A DNA stretch of 64,000 nucleotides. It comes from Coraliomargaritaceae bacterium (lineage in GTDB: Bacteria > Verrucomicrobiota > Verrucomicrobiia > Opitutales > Coraliomargaritaceae). Shown in pieces: positions 16,142 to 26,447 of this stretch. Numbering within the stretch: position 1 is the first letter of the stretch; the number at the start of each line of letters is the position of its first letter. Both the position numbers and the translations under genes were made by a program. The DNA lies in NCBI GenBank assembly GCA_965656495.1, contig CBFHKU010000006.1:1-64000 (forward strand). Direction: 5' to 3'. The notes under the pieces were generated by a model, which ran no database searches, was not told the DNA's origin, and was given only the letters and a program-made list of their open reading frames with translations.

Positions 16142-18025
16142 CTAGAGGGTGGGTTCGGGAGATGGAACCGGCTCGGGGAGCGGTGGCGGGGTGATGGGTT
16201 CTCCTTTGGCCTCGGGCGGCAGGGGCATTGGTTGCATGTATGGATGCAGGGCCTCGATCATCGCCTGGGTCAGTTCAAAGGTGCAGTTATGGGCGGGGGA
16301 GCCGCCGATTTGAAGGGTGGCGCCAAGTCGCTTTGTCAGGGCGTAACGCTGGGTGGTTTCGCGGCCCCCGTTTCCGTCGGGAAGCATAAGGGTGATTTCA
16401 AGATCGAAGTCCCATGCCGGCTGGGGGGTCTCTTCTTTGTATTCATTATCCCGATACGTTTTTACACGGAAGTTTCTCAGGGATTCAAGTAATGGCGCGG
16501 CTTCGGCGCGACCTGCTTCGGACTGCAGATCTATTTGTCGGGTGGAGAGGGAGGAATCTCGGGGGGTGAGTTTTAGTGCGGTGATACGAGCGGCGACCGG
16601 CATCGCTTCGAGGGTTTTTTCGTAATACGCGGCGGGGTTGAGGCTGAGTTGGGCAAGGAGGGGTTCGCGTTGCACTTCATAAACAAAAGGACTGCCGGAG
16701 ATTTGGGCGAAGAGTCGTTCTTTATCGTCCAAGGGGTAGGCGAAGGCGAGGGTGCGGGGTGCTTGGCCGGAGAGGGTCAATTCCACTTCGCGCTGGGGGT
16801 TGTTGAGCCGGAGTTGGCCGAGGTCGGCGGGGGAAGGGTTATCCATCGCAAAGTCGAGGGCCCGCAACTGGGATAAAATGCGTAAGAGGGAATCGACATG
16901 GGCGGCATCGGCGCGGCGGGGTTGGATCTCGCGGCCGGGGATGGTCGCGACGACTTGCCAGTAGCCGGTTTCCAATTTTTGCAGGCGCAGTTCGCTCTCG
17001 TTCTCCCGAATGACGAGGGAATCGACCGCCTCGGTTTGGAATTCAAAGAAATCGCGCTTGCGGAGGTCCTGCTGGGCTTGACGAAGGGCGTCAATGGTTT
17101 GAACCGGAATGGTAAAGACCGTGGGCAAATTTTCGAGTCGGGCAAAATAGGTGGCTTCGCCCTGGGCGGAGGGGTCGGGGTTGCCGACCAAGAGGGTTCG
17201 CTCCCGTTTGTTGCCATAAAGGGTGATGCGTGCGGAGGGGGCATCGAGCCCCTGGGCGACGGGGTCACTGGAATTATCCTCAACAAAGCGGACGACCTGC
17301 ATGGAGCTGAGGGCATGGATGGTGCCCTCGACGAGGGCGGGGTCTGCGCTGGCGGTAATGGGAGCTTCGAATTGCCAAACGTTGTCGGCCTTCGAGAGTC
17401 GAACCTTGAGGCTACCCGCGCCGGCGGCGCTTTTCATCTCAAGGCCAAGGGCATCGATTTCAAAGACGGGGAGATTGAAGATATCGCGGGCACGCAAGGC
17501 CTCGAGGTCGAGGAGGAGGCTATCGATGCTGCTGCGGTTGACGACGTAGATGGTGTCGGCTTCGGGGCCGAGGAGGTAAAGTTGGTTGCCGATTTCGGTA
17601 GGGGTACCGATAGTGAGGGAACGGGTGCCCCGGTCATGAGTGAGCTGGATGCGAAGGAGGGGTTTTTCGAATCCGTAGTCTGCGAGGGTTTGCCCGGATT
17701 CACGAATGGCGGCGACGGGGAAGGAGGTGTCTTCCTCGATAAATTGTAATTGGTTGAGAATGCGGTTGACGGAGAAGTAATTGGCGGGCCACTGGAAGGG
17801 TTGGGTGATTTGCCAGCTTTCACCGTTGCGACTGAGGGTATGGGGAAGGCTGATGGCTCTTCCAGAGAGTTCGATTTGCTGGGCTCCCGCGACTTCCTCG
17901 CGAATATTTTCAGCGAGACGGAGGGCTTTTTTATCGGCCTGCAGGTCTCGTTGGTTGAGATAGAAGATGAGGGAGAAGGTAATCGCGTTGAGCGCGAGGA
18001 GGGCGAGAGTGAATTTTATACGCAT
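16142..18025 (-). CDS. DUF4340 domain protein (Gld-like ABC system accessory)
   Basis: Start MRIKFT. Repeated W.I..P...AD, YGF..P and LxIG modules; located in the GldA/F/G-like operon. Confidence 0.8.
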   Translation of the reverse strand: MRIKFTLALLALNAITFSLIFYLNQRDLQADKKALRLAENIREEVAGAQQIELSGRAISLPHTLSRNGESWQITQPFQWPANYFSVNRILNQLQFIEEDTSFPVAAIRESGQTLADYGFEKPLLRIQLTHDRGTRSLTIGTPTEIGNQLYLLGPEADTIYVVNRSSIDSLLLDLEALRARDIFNLPVFEIDALGLEMKSAAGAGSLKVRLSKADNVWQFEAPITASADPALVEGTIHALSSMQVVRFVEDNSSDPVAQGLDAPSARITLYGNKRERTLLVGNPDPSAQGEATYFARLENLPTVFTIPVQTIDALRQAQQDLRKRDFFEFQTEAVDSLVIRENESELRLQKLETGYWQVVATIPGREIQPRRADAAHVDSLLRILSQLRALDFAMDNPSPADLGQLRLNNPQREVELTLSGQAPRTLAFAYPLDDKERLFAQISGSPFVYEVQREPLLAQLSLNPAAYYEKTLEAMPVAARITALKLTPRDSSLSTRQIDLQSEAGRAEAAPLLESLRNFRVKTYRDNEYKEETPQPAWDFDLEITLMLPDGNGGRETTQRYALTKRLGATLQIGGSPAHNCTFELTQAMIEALHPYMQPMPLPPEAKGEPITPPPLPEPVPSPEPTL

Positions 18026-18029
18026 GATA

Positions 18030-19511
18030 CTAGCGGCGGCGGATGAGTGAAATGATGATGCCAAGAGCAGCGGCGGTGATTGGAAGGATGGCAAAATAAC
18101 CGAGGAGTCGATTTAGGTCGCTCTGGCTCATGACGAGCTGGTAGCTGTTTATTGATTGGGCGGGGATGTTGAGGAAAACGTTGCGATCGAGCGCCCAGTT
18201 AAGGGTGTTAATGAGGAGGGTATAGTTCCCGTAGATTTGGAAGCGGTTGTTGGCGAGGAAATCGGCATTGCCGAAGCAGACCAAACGCCCTGCGGAGATC
18301 GAAAGGCCGAGGGCGGAACTGGTGCTGCGCTGGGAGGCGACTGCGAGGCTCAGGGGGCCGGGGAGGTCGCGGTCGGCATCAAAGGCGAGGGGGCGTTGGG
18401 TACGGTAGTCTTTCTCTGCCCAGCTTTTTTGGGAGGTGCCGATGAGGTAGCGCAAACTCAGGCTTTCGTCGGCGAGGCTGGCGGGGTCAATGCGAACCGG
18501 GCGCGATTGCCCGAAGTAGGCGGTGGCGTTGTAATCATAGAGCAATTTACTGATGGGGTGTTCGCTGAAATGGCGCACGATCATATCGCCTTCCTGGGAG
18601 CGGTAGTTGGGGTCGATATCAACTGCGATGTGATCTTCGACGAGGACGCCCCAGTCATACAAGAGGTCATTGAGGCCGTGCTTACGGCCCGGTTCGAGGG
18701 TGAGCAGGATGCGGCCATTGCGGGAACTCATGTAGCGGCGCAGTTTTTCGACCTCGGCGGGGGTGAGGGCGGCCTGCGGGGCGAGGGCGAGAATCAGGGC
18801 GGCGTCTTCGGGAACGGCGGGCACGCGGGTAAGGTCCAGCTCGCGCAAGGTAAAGCCGCGTTCCTTGAGGAAGCTTTCCATGAGGGAGAGTCCGCGGGTG
18901 GGATGGACGTCCCCGATGCGCATCTCGCCATGCCCGGTGAGGAGGTAAAGGACGGGGCTCTCTTCGTTGGAGACTTCCAGGATGGCGGAGGTAAGAACGC
19001 GTTCACCGCAAAAGCTGTGCCATTGTCCTTCTTCCGCTTCATAGAGTTCGGGTAATTCAATGGATCGGGTGCGCTCGTTGGCCGCTACAATGATGACGTT
19101 TTCTCGCTCGATATTGTAGGTTTGGACGAGTTCGCGGGTACGTTTGCGCTGGCGGAGGGCGTCCACGTATTCCACGCGGACGAGTGGTTCGCCCTGGCGC
19201 ATTGACTGGGCTTCGTATTCGAGGAGGAGCTTGCCAAGATCGTTGCGGATGCGCTGGAGTTCGGGGGCATCGCTGTCGGGCGCGATCGTGACAATGATGT
19301 CAATGGGCGCTTGAAGTTGTTGCAGGTATGCGCGGGATTCCGCGCCGAGGCTGAACTGGCGGTGCTGGGTGAGGTCGAAGCGTTTAAAATAGTGCGCGGC
19401 GAGGTAGTTGAGCGCGAGGATGAGGCTGATGCCGAGGAGGATTTGAGCGCCTCGGTTGAGGGCGCGCAAGCGGCGGGCGATCCGGAACTCATTGAAACGT
19501 GCGGTTTGCAT
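18030..19511 (-). CDS. GldG-family ABC transporter auxiliary component
   Basis: RFDLT...FSL, YLLTGHGE, GRLVCFGNADF..N and N..NW motifs; N- and C-terminal TM helices. Confidence 0.88.
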   Translation of the reverse strand: MQTARFNEFRIARRLRALNRGAQILLGISLILALNYLAAHYFKRFDLTQHRQFSLGAESRAYLQQLQAPIDIIVTIAPDSDAPELQRIRNDLGKLLLEYEAQSMRQGEPLVRVEYVDALRQRKRTRELVQTYNIERENVIIVAANERTRSIELPELYEAEEGQWHSFCGERVLTSAILEVSNEESPVLYLLTGHGEMRIGDVHPTRGLSLMESFLKERGFTLRELDLTRVPAVPEDAALILALAPQAALTPAEVEKLRRYMSSRNGRILLTLEPGRKHGLNDLLYDWGVLVEDHIAVDIDPNYRSQEGDMIVRHFSEHPISKLLYDYNATAYFGQSRPVRIDPASLADESLSLRYLIGTSQKSWAEKDYRTQRPLAFDADRDLPGPLSLAVASQRSTSSALGLSISAGRLVCFGNADFLANNRFQIYGNYTLLINTLNWALDRNVFLNIPAQSINSYQLVMSQSDLNRLLGYFAILPITAAALGIIISLIRRR

Positions 19512-20275
19512 TATGCTTTGGCCTCAATGACAAGGGTGGATAAGCCGAGGAGGAGCATCCCGGAGCTTAGATAATAAAAGAAGGGGCGGGTATCGATGAT
19601 TCCACGGGCAAAATCATCGAGGTGGCTGAAGATTTGCAGATAATCAACGGAGAGGTGAATCCATCCCGGGAGCTCGACTCCGCCCTGACTCAGCGAGCCG
19701 AGTTGTTGTCCTCCGACAATTACAATGAACAGGAGGGTGAAGGAGAGCATTCCGGCAACCAATTGGCTGCGGGTAAGGCTGCTGGTAAAGATTCCAATCG
19801 CAATGAAGAGCGCGCCGCTGACCGCGATAAAGAGGAAGCTGCCCAGGAGGGGTGCGCTACTGAGGAAAATGTTGCTGTCGTTACTCTCGCGGAGGAGGTT
19901 TTCGGCGATCAGGGGGAATCCGAGGGTGGCGAGCCAGAGGAGGAGATAAAAACAATACGCGCCGGCAAATTTACCCAGGACGAGGGCAATGCGGGAAGTG
20001 GGGGTGGTCAGGAGGGTATCGAGGGTGCCGAGGTTACGTTCTCCCGCGATGCTGCGCATGGTAAGGAGTGGCACGACGAAGAAAGTGGGAATCCAAAAAC
20101 TTTTGAAGAATTGCACGGTGGGCAACTCATCTTGCGGGGTTGTGATCATCTCGCGGAGGATCGCCCAATACATAAAGCCCATGAGGCAGAGAAAGAGGCC
20201 GCCCGCCAGATAGGTGGTGGGGCTAATCAGTAGCATTCGCAACTCGTGTTTAAAAAGGATCCAGAAATGTCGCAT
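19511..20275 (-). CDS. ABC-2/GldF-like permease
   Basis: PLLTMRSIAGER..GTLDTLLTTP...VLGKF, SSLTRSQLVA and F.RGIID motifs. Confidence 0.9.
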   Translation of the reverse strand: MRHFWILFKHELRMLLISPTTYLAGGLFLCLMGFMYWAILREMITTPQDELPTVQFFKSFWIPTFFVVPLLTMRSIAGERNLGTLDTLLTTPTSRIALVLGKFAGAYCFYLLLWLATLGFPLIAENLLRESNDSNIFLSSAPLLGSFLFIAVSGALFIAIGIFTSSLTRSQLVAGMLSFTLLFIVIVGGQQLGSLSQGGVELPGWIHLSVDYLQIFSHLDDFARGIIDTRPFFYYLSSGMLLLGLSTLVIEAKA

Positions 20276-20289
20276 GGCGGGCTTAATCT

Positions 20290-21306
20290 TTAGGCGGAGG
20301 CGGAGGCGGAAGCGGAGGCAGTGGCAGTCTGCGGTTCAATGGTTTCTTCCCAGGAGCGTTTGGTTGCGGCGAGAAAGATGGCTTCGAGATTTGGGACCTC
20401 CGGCGCGAGGCTGTGGAGGCAGATCCCCGGGGCATTACTCAGGGCGTTCATGATGGCAGGGCCCGCTCCCTCGGCGTTTTCTGCGACCAGTTGCATTTCT
20501 TGTAAGGTGTCGTCGAGCGATTCGCAACGGACCAGTTCGCTTGCAATTCCCTTGGCTTTTAAAGTTTCCAATACCGAGGCTTTTTCACCTGAGAAGCGCA
20601 GGCAATAACGGTCGCCCGGTAAAAATTCCTCGCGCAGGGCGGTATGGGTACCCGCCGCGACCACGCGGCCCCGGTTGATAATGACGACGCGGTCGCAGGA
20701 GCGCTCAATCTCGGGAAGGATATGGCTGGAGAGGATGACGGTCATGCGTCCCCGGAGGCTGTTGATTAAGTCCCGAATGCTTTGGATTTGATGGGGGTCC
20801 AGGCCGATGGTGGGCTCATCCATGATGATGACTTCGGGATTTCCCAGCAGGGCATCTGCGATGCCGACCCGTTGGCGGAAACCTTTTGAGAGGGTGCCGA
20901 TGATTTTGCGGCGGGCGGTACGGGCGAGGTCGCAGGTCTCCATCGCATCTTCCACCGCAGCGCGTATTTTTGCGCTGGGGACTTCCTTGAGGCGGGCGCG
21001 AAAGCGCAGGTATTCCACGACCCGCATATCATTGGGGAGCGGATTATTTTCGGGCATATAGCCGATGCGGCGCTTCACTTCGTGGGGGTTGCCCGCAACG
21101 GAGATGCCTCCAATCCAGGCGGAACCGCTCGTTGCGGTCAGGATTCCGCTCAGGATGCGCATGGTGGTGCTTTTACCCGCCCCGTTGGGGCCGAGGAATC
21201 CGACAATTTCCCCTTTTGCGACGGTAAAGCTGATGTTTTTAATAGCCCACGCCGCACCGAATCGGCGGGAGAGATTTTTTACGCGAATGCTGATGTCTTG
21301 ATCCAT
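20290..21306 (-). CDS. ABC transporter ATP-binding protein (GldA-like)
   Basis: GPNGAGKST, LSKGFRQRVG, MDEPTIGLDP and SSHILPE motifs. Start re-assigned to MDQDIS. Confidence 0.93.
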   Translation of the reverse strand: MDQDISIRVKNLSRRFGAAWAIKNISFTVAKGEIVGFLGPNGAGKSTTMRILSGILTATSGSAWIGGISVAGNPHEVKRRIGYMPENNPLPNDMRVVEYLRFRARLKEVPSAKIRAAVEDAMETCDLARTARRKIIGTLSKGFRQRVGIADALLGNPEVIIMDEPTIGLDPHQIQSIRDLINSLRGRMTVILSSHILPEIERSCDRVVIINRGRVVAAGTHTALREEFLPGDRYCLRFSGEKASVLETLKAKGIASELVRCESLDDTLQEMQLVAENAEGAGPAIMNALSNAPGICLHSLAPEVPNLEAIFLAATKRSWEETIEPQTATASASASASA

Positions 21307-21454
21307 GCGGTGAGCCAGAAAAAAAGAAGAAAGGCAGAATGGTAACGTTTTGAAGTAAATTCGCGCATTCAGCAAGCACGCACATGCCCGCCTCTTTTAT
21401 GTGAAAAACGTTTCTTCTTTTCTTTCGCTTGAGATTGGTAGAGCTTGTCATGCA

Positions 21455-22615
21455 ATGATTGAAGATAGCGCAGGCTTGGAAAAAGCATGCCGGGCCGCCG
21501 TGAGTGCTGGCGTGGTAGGTATTGACACTGAATTCGTTTGGAACAGGACCTTTTACCCTTCTCTGGGGGTGGTTCAGATGGGCTACCCGGACGGGGAGGC
21601 GGTGTTGATTGACGCGCCCAAGATCGAGGACTGGTCGTCTTTTGGGGAATTGATGCAGGATGCGGGCGTGATAAAAATTCTGCATGATGCGCAACAGGAT
21701 TTGACGATTTTGCAGCGGGCTTGTGGGGCATACCCCCGCAATATTTTTGATACGCAGCGCAGTGCGGGTTTCATCGGGAAAACGGCGACGATTTCGCTGC
21801 GCGATGTCTTGAAGCAATTATTGAAGGTACGCCTCGACAAAACCGAAACGCAGTCGGACTGGTTGGCGCGACCGCTGACGGAGGCACAGGTGCGGTATGC
21901 GGAGGACGACGTGCGCAATTCGGTGCGACTGATGGAGTGTATTTTGAAGCGGGCGGATGCCTTGGGACGCCGCGAATGGATTGCGGATGAGATGCGCAGC
22001 TATGAGCGGGAATCGCTTTATGATGAAAGCGATCCGGATTTGACGATGCCACGGGTGCGGGGCAGTGGCGCCTTGACCCAGCAACAGCGCAATATTTTAC
22101 GAAGTTTGGCCTCATGGCGCGAACTTGCGGCGCGGAGGCGGAATCTCCCGCGCAGTTTTATATTATCGGACGATGCGCTGGTAGTGTTGGCAAAAAAGAC
22201 GCCTGCTACAAAAGAGGCGTTAAAGCCCATCAAGGGATTGACTGAACGCACTCTTGAGCGCAACAGGGACCGCATCTGGACGGCGATCGAGCGGGGAATC
22301 GCGGGCGATTTGCCGGAGTTGAAGAATGGCGCGAACGCTGGAATCAGCCCCGATGAAGGCTATGAGGCGCGGGTGGATTTTGCGTTGGCCTACCTCAAGG
22401 GTATTTGCCTGAACTCAAAGATTGATCCTGCTCTGGTGGGCAACCGTGCGGAAATCACGGCGTTTGTTTTGGATGCGGCGAACCCGGAGGTGGGAGCGCA
22501 CCGGCTTTTGAGTGGCTGGCGGGCGGGCTTTTGCGGCGAGGCATTGCTGGATTTATTGCAGGGTCGCGGGAGCCTCAGGATTGATTGCGAGACGAATTTG
22601 CCTGTGCAAGGGTAG
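21455..22615 (+). CDS. rnd: Ribonuclease D (DEDDy exonuclease plus HRDC)
   Basis: GIDTEF, KILHDAQQD, IFDTQ, SDWLARPLT..Q..YAEDD and WRE..AR..NLPR motifs. Start re-assigned to MIEDS. Confidence 0.9.
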   Translation: MIEDSAGLEKACRAAVSAGVVGIDTEFVWNRTFYPSLGVVQMGYPDGEAVLIDAPKIEDWSSFGELMQDAGVIKILHDAQQDLTILQRACGAYPRNIFDTQRSAGFIGKTATISLRDVLKQLLKVRLDKTETQSDWLARPLTEAQVRYAEDDVRNSVRLMECILKRADALGRREWIADEMRSYERESLYDESDPDLTMPRVRGSGALTQQQRNILRSLASWRELAARRRNLPRSFILSDDALVVLAKKTPATKEALKPIKGLTERTLERNRDRIWTAIERGIAGDLPELKNGANAGISPDEGYEARVDFALAYLKGICLNSKIDPALVGNRAEITAFVLDAANPEVGAHRLLSGWRAGFCGEALLDLLQGRGSLRIDCETNLPVQG

Positions 22616-22621
22616 GCGAGC

Positions 22622-23089
22622 CTAGTGTTCGTGAGCGGGGATGGGGTAGTAGGCGCGCAAAGCCTGAATGCTCTCGCGAAGCACTTGGGCGGCATCGGCG
22701 CTGGCTTTTTGTTTGGCTTTCATCGCGGCGAGGATCACGGCATGGTGCCTTGCGAGGCGAGTGGCGTAGTCGTCCTGTCCGGGTTTGACGCGTTGGGTCA
22801 GGAAATAATTGCTGAGGGTCTCAATGATGCGTTGCGCGTGAAGTTCTTTGTTCTGTACCCAGCGGACGCTCTGGTTGAGGGACTGGGCATCTGTTTTTCC
22901 GGCGAGGGAAGCGAGGGAAGTGACGGCTTTTTGGACGGTGGCGGCGTCTTCCAGCATGGAGGTGACCCGGGCAGCGTCATCGTAAATTCCGCAGGGAACC
23001 TGGCAATGCGCCTGAGCATGGCTCACGAGGGAGAAAAAGACTGCGGTTAAAAATAAAAATTTAGTGAAGGTGTGGTGTAGTGATTGCAT
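22622..23089 (-). CDS. sodN: Nickel superoxide dismutase precursor with Sec-type signal peptide
   Basis: Ni-hook HCQVPCGIYD directly after AQA; RWV.NKE.HA, YFLTQRVK and AMKAKQ motifs. Confidence 0.92.
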   Translation of the reverse strand: MQSLHHTFTKFLFLTAVFFSLVSHAQAHCQVPCGIYDDAARVTSMLEDAATVQKAVTSLASLAGKTDAQSLNQSVRWVQNKELHAQRIIETLSNYFLTQRVKPGQDDYATRLARHHAVILAAMKAKQKASADAAQVLRESIQALRAYYPIPAHEH

Positions 23090-23098
23090 GGTGTAGTG

Positions 23099-23806
23099 TT
23101 AGAGGAGGTAGCCCTTTTTGGCAATAGTGATGACAAATTCACCTTTTTGGCTCGCCTGTGCGACTCGTTCTCGAACCTCGGAAGCGGGGCCGCTGTGAAC
23201 GGTTTCGTGGAGTTTGGTCAATTCGCGGCCTACACTGATGGCACGATCCGCGCCGAGTGTTTCGACGAGATCATCCATACATTTGGCGATGCGGTGGCAG
23301 GATTCGTAGAGGATTATTGTGTATTCAAAATCTTGATACTGATTAAAAAATCGGAGGCGTGCGGCGCGTTTGGGTGGGAGGAACCCGACAAAGAGAAAGC
23401 CATCGCTGGGGAGTCCGGAAAGGGCGAGGGCGGTGACGGCGGCGCAGGGGCCGGGCACTGCGGTAACGGGGAGCCCTAATTGGCGGCAGGCGCGTACCAA
23501 GCGAAAGCCGGGGTCGCTGATTGCGGGGGTTCCGGCATCGGCAACGAGGACAAGTTTTTGACCGCCGGCGATTCGATCTGCGAGGGGTTGCGCGAGGGTT
23601 TTCTCGTTTTCGTTGCGGTAGGAGAGGAGTTCGGGCTTGGGGTCAATGCCGAGTTTGGCGAGGAGTTTACCGGTTACGCGGGTGTCTTCGCAGGCAATGC
23701 AATCCGCCTGAGACAGCGCTTCTTGGGCACGGGTTGAGATATCGCCGAGGTTCCCGATGGGGGTGGCTACCAGAATGAGGCAACCGGCATTGGACGGGTT
23801 CGGCAT
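23099..23806 (-). CDS. rsmI: 16S rRNA C1402 2'-O-methyltransferase
   Basis: VATPIGNLGDIS.RA, CEDTR, DAGTPAISDPG, YES.HR and RELTKLHE motifs. Start re-assigned to MPNPS. Confidence 0.95.
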   Translation of the reverse strand: MPNPSNAGCLILVATPIGNLGDISTRAQEALSQADCIACEDTRVTGKLLAKLGIDPKPELLSYRNENEKTLAQPLADRIAGGQKLVLVADAGTPAISDPGFRLVRACRQLGLPVTAVPGPCAAVTALALSGLPSDGFLFVGFLPPKRAARLRFFNQYQDFEYTIILYESCHRIAKCMDDLVETLGADRAISVGRELTKLHETVHSGPASEVRERVAQASQKGEFVITIAKKGYLL

Positions 23807-24005
23807 AGCGGGCAGCGTGGACTTAGTAGCTGGCTCCCCCGCCACCCATACCGGGGGCGCCGCCTTCCCAGCTTTTGGGACGGCCCCAAGGGATATTTTG
23901 TTCATCGACATCACTGTCGAGGCAGGCGGTGAGACCTAAAGTGCCAAGGCTGAGAATCAGAAGTAGTAAGAGACGGATGAGTTTTTTGAGGTGCATGTTA
24001 TTTGA

Positions 24006-24821
24006 TTAATGAACGATGGTAACAATCGTGCCGGCGTCAATGCGCTCGGCGTTGAAATCGGCGAGTAAGCTGGCAACGGTATAGGAATCGGTGACTTTGA
24101 AAATGCGGGCCTTACCTAAAAGTTGGCCATTTGAAAGGATTCGCACCTCGTGCCCGGCTTCCAGTTCCAAAGCGGACATTTTGGAGAACACGACAATGCG
24201 GTTTTTGCGGTTGATGGAAGCAATTTCTGTGCGGGAGCTATTTTCCCCTGGTGCGGGTTTGTAATTTGGGTCGAGGAGGGCGCCGGTTTTGCGAGCCGGG
24301 GTTTTAAGTGAATCTTCAATTGAAGTGCGGAGGGATAATTCGCGCTCAAGGGCTGCGCTCAAGCGTTTGTTTTCGGAGCTAAGGGAATCGATGCTGGCCT
24401 CAAGGCGTTCGATTTGAAGGGCTTGGCTAGTGCTGGATGTTTTGAGTTCGGCATTCAGCAATTTATCGCGCAACTGAACCAGCTCGGTATTGAGTCCAAG
24501 TATTTGCGATTCGGCGCGTTCCAATTTGGCGGCCATCATGGTGGCGTTTTGAAGATGGGATTGGAGGCTTGCCTGAGCTTCGCTTAGTGTTTGTTTCGCA
24601 TTAGCAAGGGCATTGCGTTCGCTAAGGATTTGTTCCTCCAGTTTTTGAATGGCGAGCACCGCGTCATCCAATTCCTTGACCAAGGCTTCATTGGCGCGTT
24701 GGGCAAGGAGCACTTCTTTGGCCTTATCCGCCAAGTTGTTGCGCGCCACAAAATAAATAAGGATGGAGCAGATTGCAGCGGCAAGGGCGACGAGGCGGAG
24801 AATGAAAGAAAGACGGTGCAT
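24006..24821 (-). CDS. Membrane-anchored coiled-coil hypothetical protein with small C-terminal beta domain
   Basis: N-terminal TM helix, ~150-aa heptad-rich region and beta-rich tail. Confidence 0.7.
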   Translation of the reverse strand: MHRLSFILRLVALAAAICSILIYFVARNNLADKAKEVLLAQRANEALVKELDDAVLAIQKLEEQILSERNALANAKQTLSEAQASLQSHLQNATMMAAKLERAESQILGLNTELVQLRDKLLNAELKTSSTSQALQIERLEASIDSLSSENKRLSAALERELSLRTSIEDSLKTPARKTGALLDPNYKPAPGENSSRTEIASINRKNRIVVFSKMSALELEAGHEVRILSNGQLLGKARIFKVTDSYTVASLLADFNAERIDAGTIVTIVH

Positions 24822-24848
24822 GGTTGTAATGTGAGTTACGATTGCAAT

Positions 24849-26423
24849 TTAAGCGGCGTGAAAGGTGGTCGCTTCGAGGTCCGCCTCGGGTTGGATGCGG
24901 ATGCCACGGTCGTTGGCGGCAAGGCGGTTAAGGATTTTATAGAGGGATTCCGCGTCGGCGGGACGACCGAGGGCTTCCGCCAACTGTGGAGCGGTGAAAG
25001 ATTTTCCGGGTTGGGCGCGCAGGAGCTGGAGCGCGGCGCTTTCTAATTCCAAAACGGCGGCGGCGGCTTTTTTCCCGGCTTCAACGCCGGGCTGATGGTA
25101 GGCGTTGATGTTCACGAGGCTGGCATAAAGCCCGACGGCACGCTCAAAGAGGGCAATCAGTTGACCGACCGACTCGGGGTTTACTTCGTCGAGCGTGAGG
25201 GTGATGGACTGGCGGCCTTTTTCATAAAGGGCATCGCGTGTTCCCAGATAGAAACCTTGTAGGTAGTCACCGGTGGTGATCGCGTCCTCTACCTCCAAAG
25301 AATCTCCGGCGCGGTCCTTGAGGACTTCAATGAAGGTCACAAAGAAGTTATGGACGCCCTCCCGGAGCTGCTGGACATAGGCGTGCTGGTCGGTGGAGCC
25401 TTTGTTTCCATAGACGGCGATGCCTTGTTGCACGGGCTTGCCATCGAGGTCGGTGGCTTTGCCGAGTGATTCCATGACGAGTTGCTGGAGGTATTTTGAA
25501 AAAAGCATGAGGCGGTCCTTGTAGGGCAGGACCACCATGTCTTTTGAACCCGCGCCGTCGGTGGCGAAATACCACATGAGCGCCAAAAGGGCGGCGGGGT
25601 TTTGCAAGGTTTCGCGCTTGCGGGTGGCGGCGTCCATTGCGGCGGCGCCTGCCAGCATGCGGTCAATCTCAATGCCCTGTAGTGCGGCGGGGAGGAGTCC
25701 AACTGCGGCGAGCTCCGAGGTGCGTCCGCCGACCCAGTCCCACATTGGGAGCCGGGTAAGCCAGCCCTCTGCTTTGGCGAGGGTGTCCAATTTCGAGTCG
25801 GCGCCGGTAATGGCAATGGCGTGTTGCGCGAAATCGAGATTGGCGGCGCGGTAGGCTGCCTGTGCTTCGAGCATCCCATTGCGGGTTTCGGCAGTGCCGC
25901 CCGATTTTGAAATGACCAAAGTCAGGGTTTTACCGAGTTGCCCGTCCAGCGCCGCAAGGGTGCGGTCCATTCCGTCCGGGTCGGTGTTGTCAAAGAAGTG
26001 GAGTTTAAGTTTATCGCGTTTGGGGCAGCCCAGGGCGTCGGCGACAAACTGAGGGCCGAGCGCGGAGCCGCCGATTCCGATAATGAGGCAATGCGCGAAT
26101 GGGCCGTCAGTACCCTGCATTTCACCGGAATGAACGCGGGCGGCGATACGGTGGATTTCGGCGAGGCATTCCTCGATGGCGGCACGCATTTCAGGCTCGG
26201 GGGCGAGGCTGGCGTCGCGCAACCAGTAATGGCCCACTTGGCGGTTTTCGTCGGGGTTGGCGATGCTTCCTGCCTCGAGTTCTGCCATTGCAGCGAAGGC
26301 GTCCTGCATGCGGGGTTCCATCGCGCCGAGGTAGTCATCGGGGAAATCGATACGGCTGATATCGAGCGCGAAGCCCAGATTTTGGAGGCGGAGGTGGTAT
26401 TGTTTGTAACGTTGCCAGGACAT
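24849..26423 (-). CDS. pgi: Glucose-6-phosphate isomerase
   Basis: [41 protein letters not shown] and QPGVEAGK motifs. Confidence 0.97.
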   Translation of the reverse strand: MSWQRYKQYHLRLQNLGFALDISRIDFPDDYLGAMEPRMQDAFAAMAELEAGSIANPDENRQVGHYWLRDASLAPEPEMRAAIEECLAEIHRIAARVHSGEMQGTDGPFAHCLIIGIGGSALGPQFVADALGCPKRDKLKLHFFDNTDPDGMDRTLAALDGQLGKTLTLVISKSGGTAETRNGMLEAQAAYRAANLDFAQHAIAITGADSKLDTLAKAEGWLTRLPMWDWVGGRTSELAAVGLLPAALQGIEIDRMLAGAAAMDAATRKRETLQNPAALLALMWYFATDGAGSKDMVVLPYKDRLMLFSKYLQQLVMESLGKATDLDGKPVQQGIAVYGNKGSTDQHAYVQQLREGVHNFFVTFIEVLKDRAGDSLEVEDAITTGDYLQGFYLGTRDALYEKGRQSITLTLDEVNPESVGQLIALFERAVGLYASLVNINAYHQPGVEAGKKAAAAVLELESAALQLLRAQPGKSFTAPQLAEALGRPADAESLYKILNRLAANDRGIRIQPEADLEATTFHAA

Positions 26424-26447
26424 AAATGGGAGCCTGCTAAAAGGCGT

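Noticed and set aside
20293..20328. (GCGGAG)n hexamer run at the 3' end of the ABC ATPase
   Set aside because: It is a short in-frame microsatellite encoding an ASASASA tail. The resemblance to the GCGGAGG repeats is probably coincidental, since it lacks the AAC head.
16142..21306. Gliding motility locus
   Set aside because: GldA/F/G-like ABC systems with DUF4340 are widespread in non-gliding bacteria, and no other gld, spr or T9SS genes are present here.
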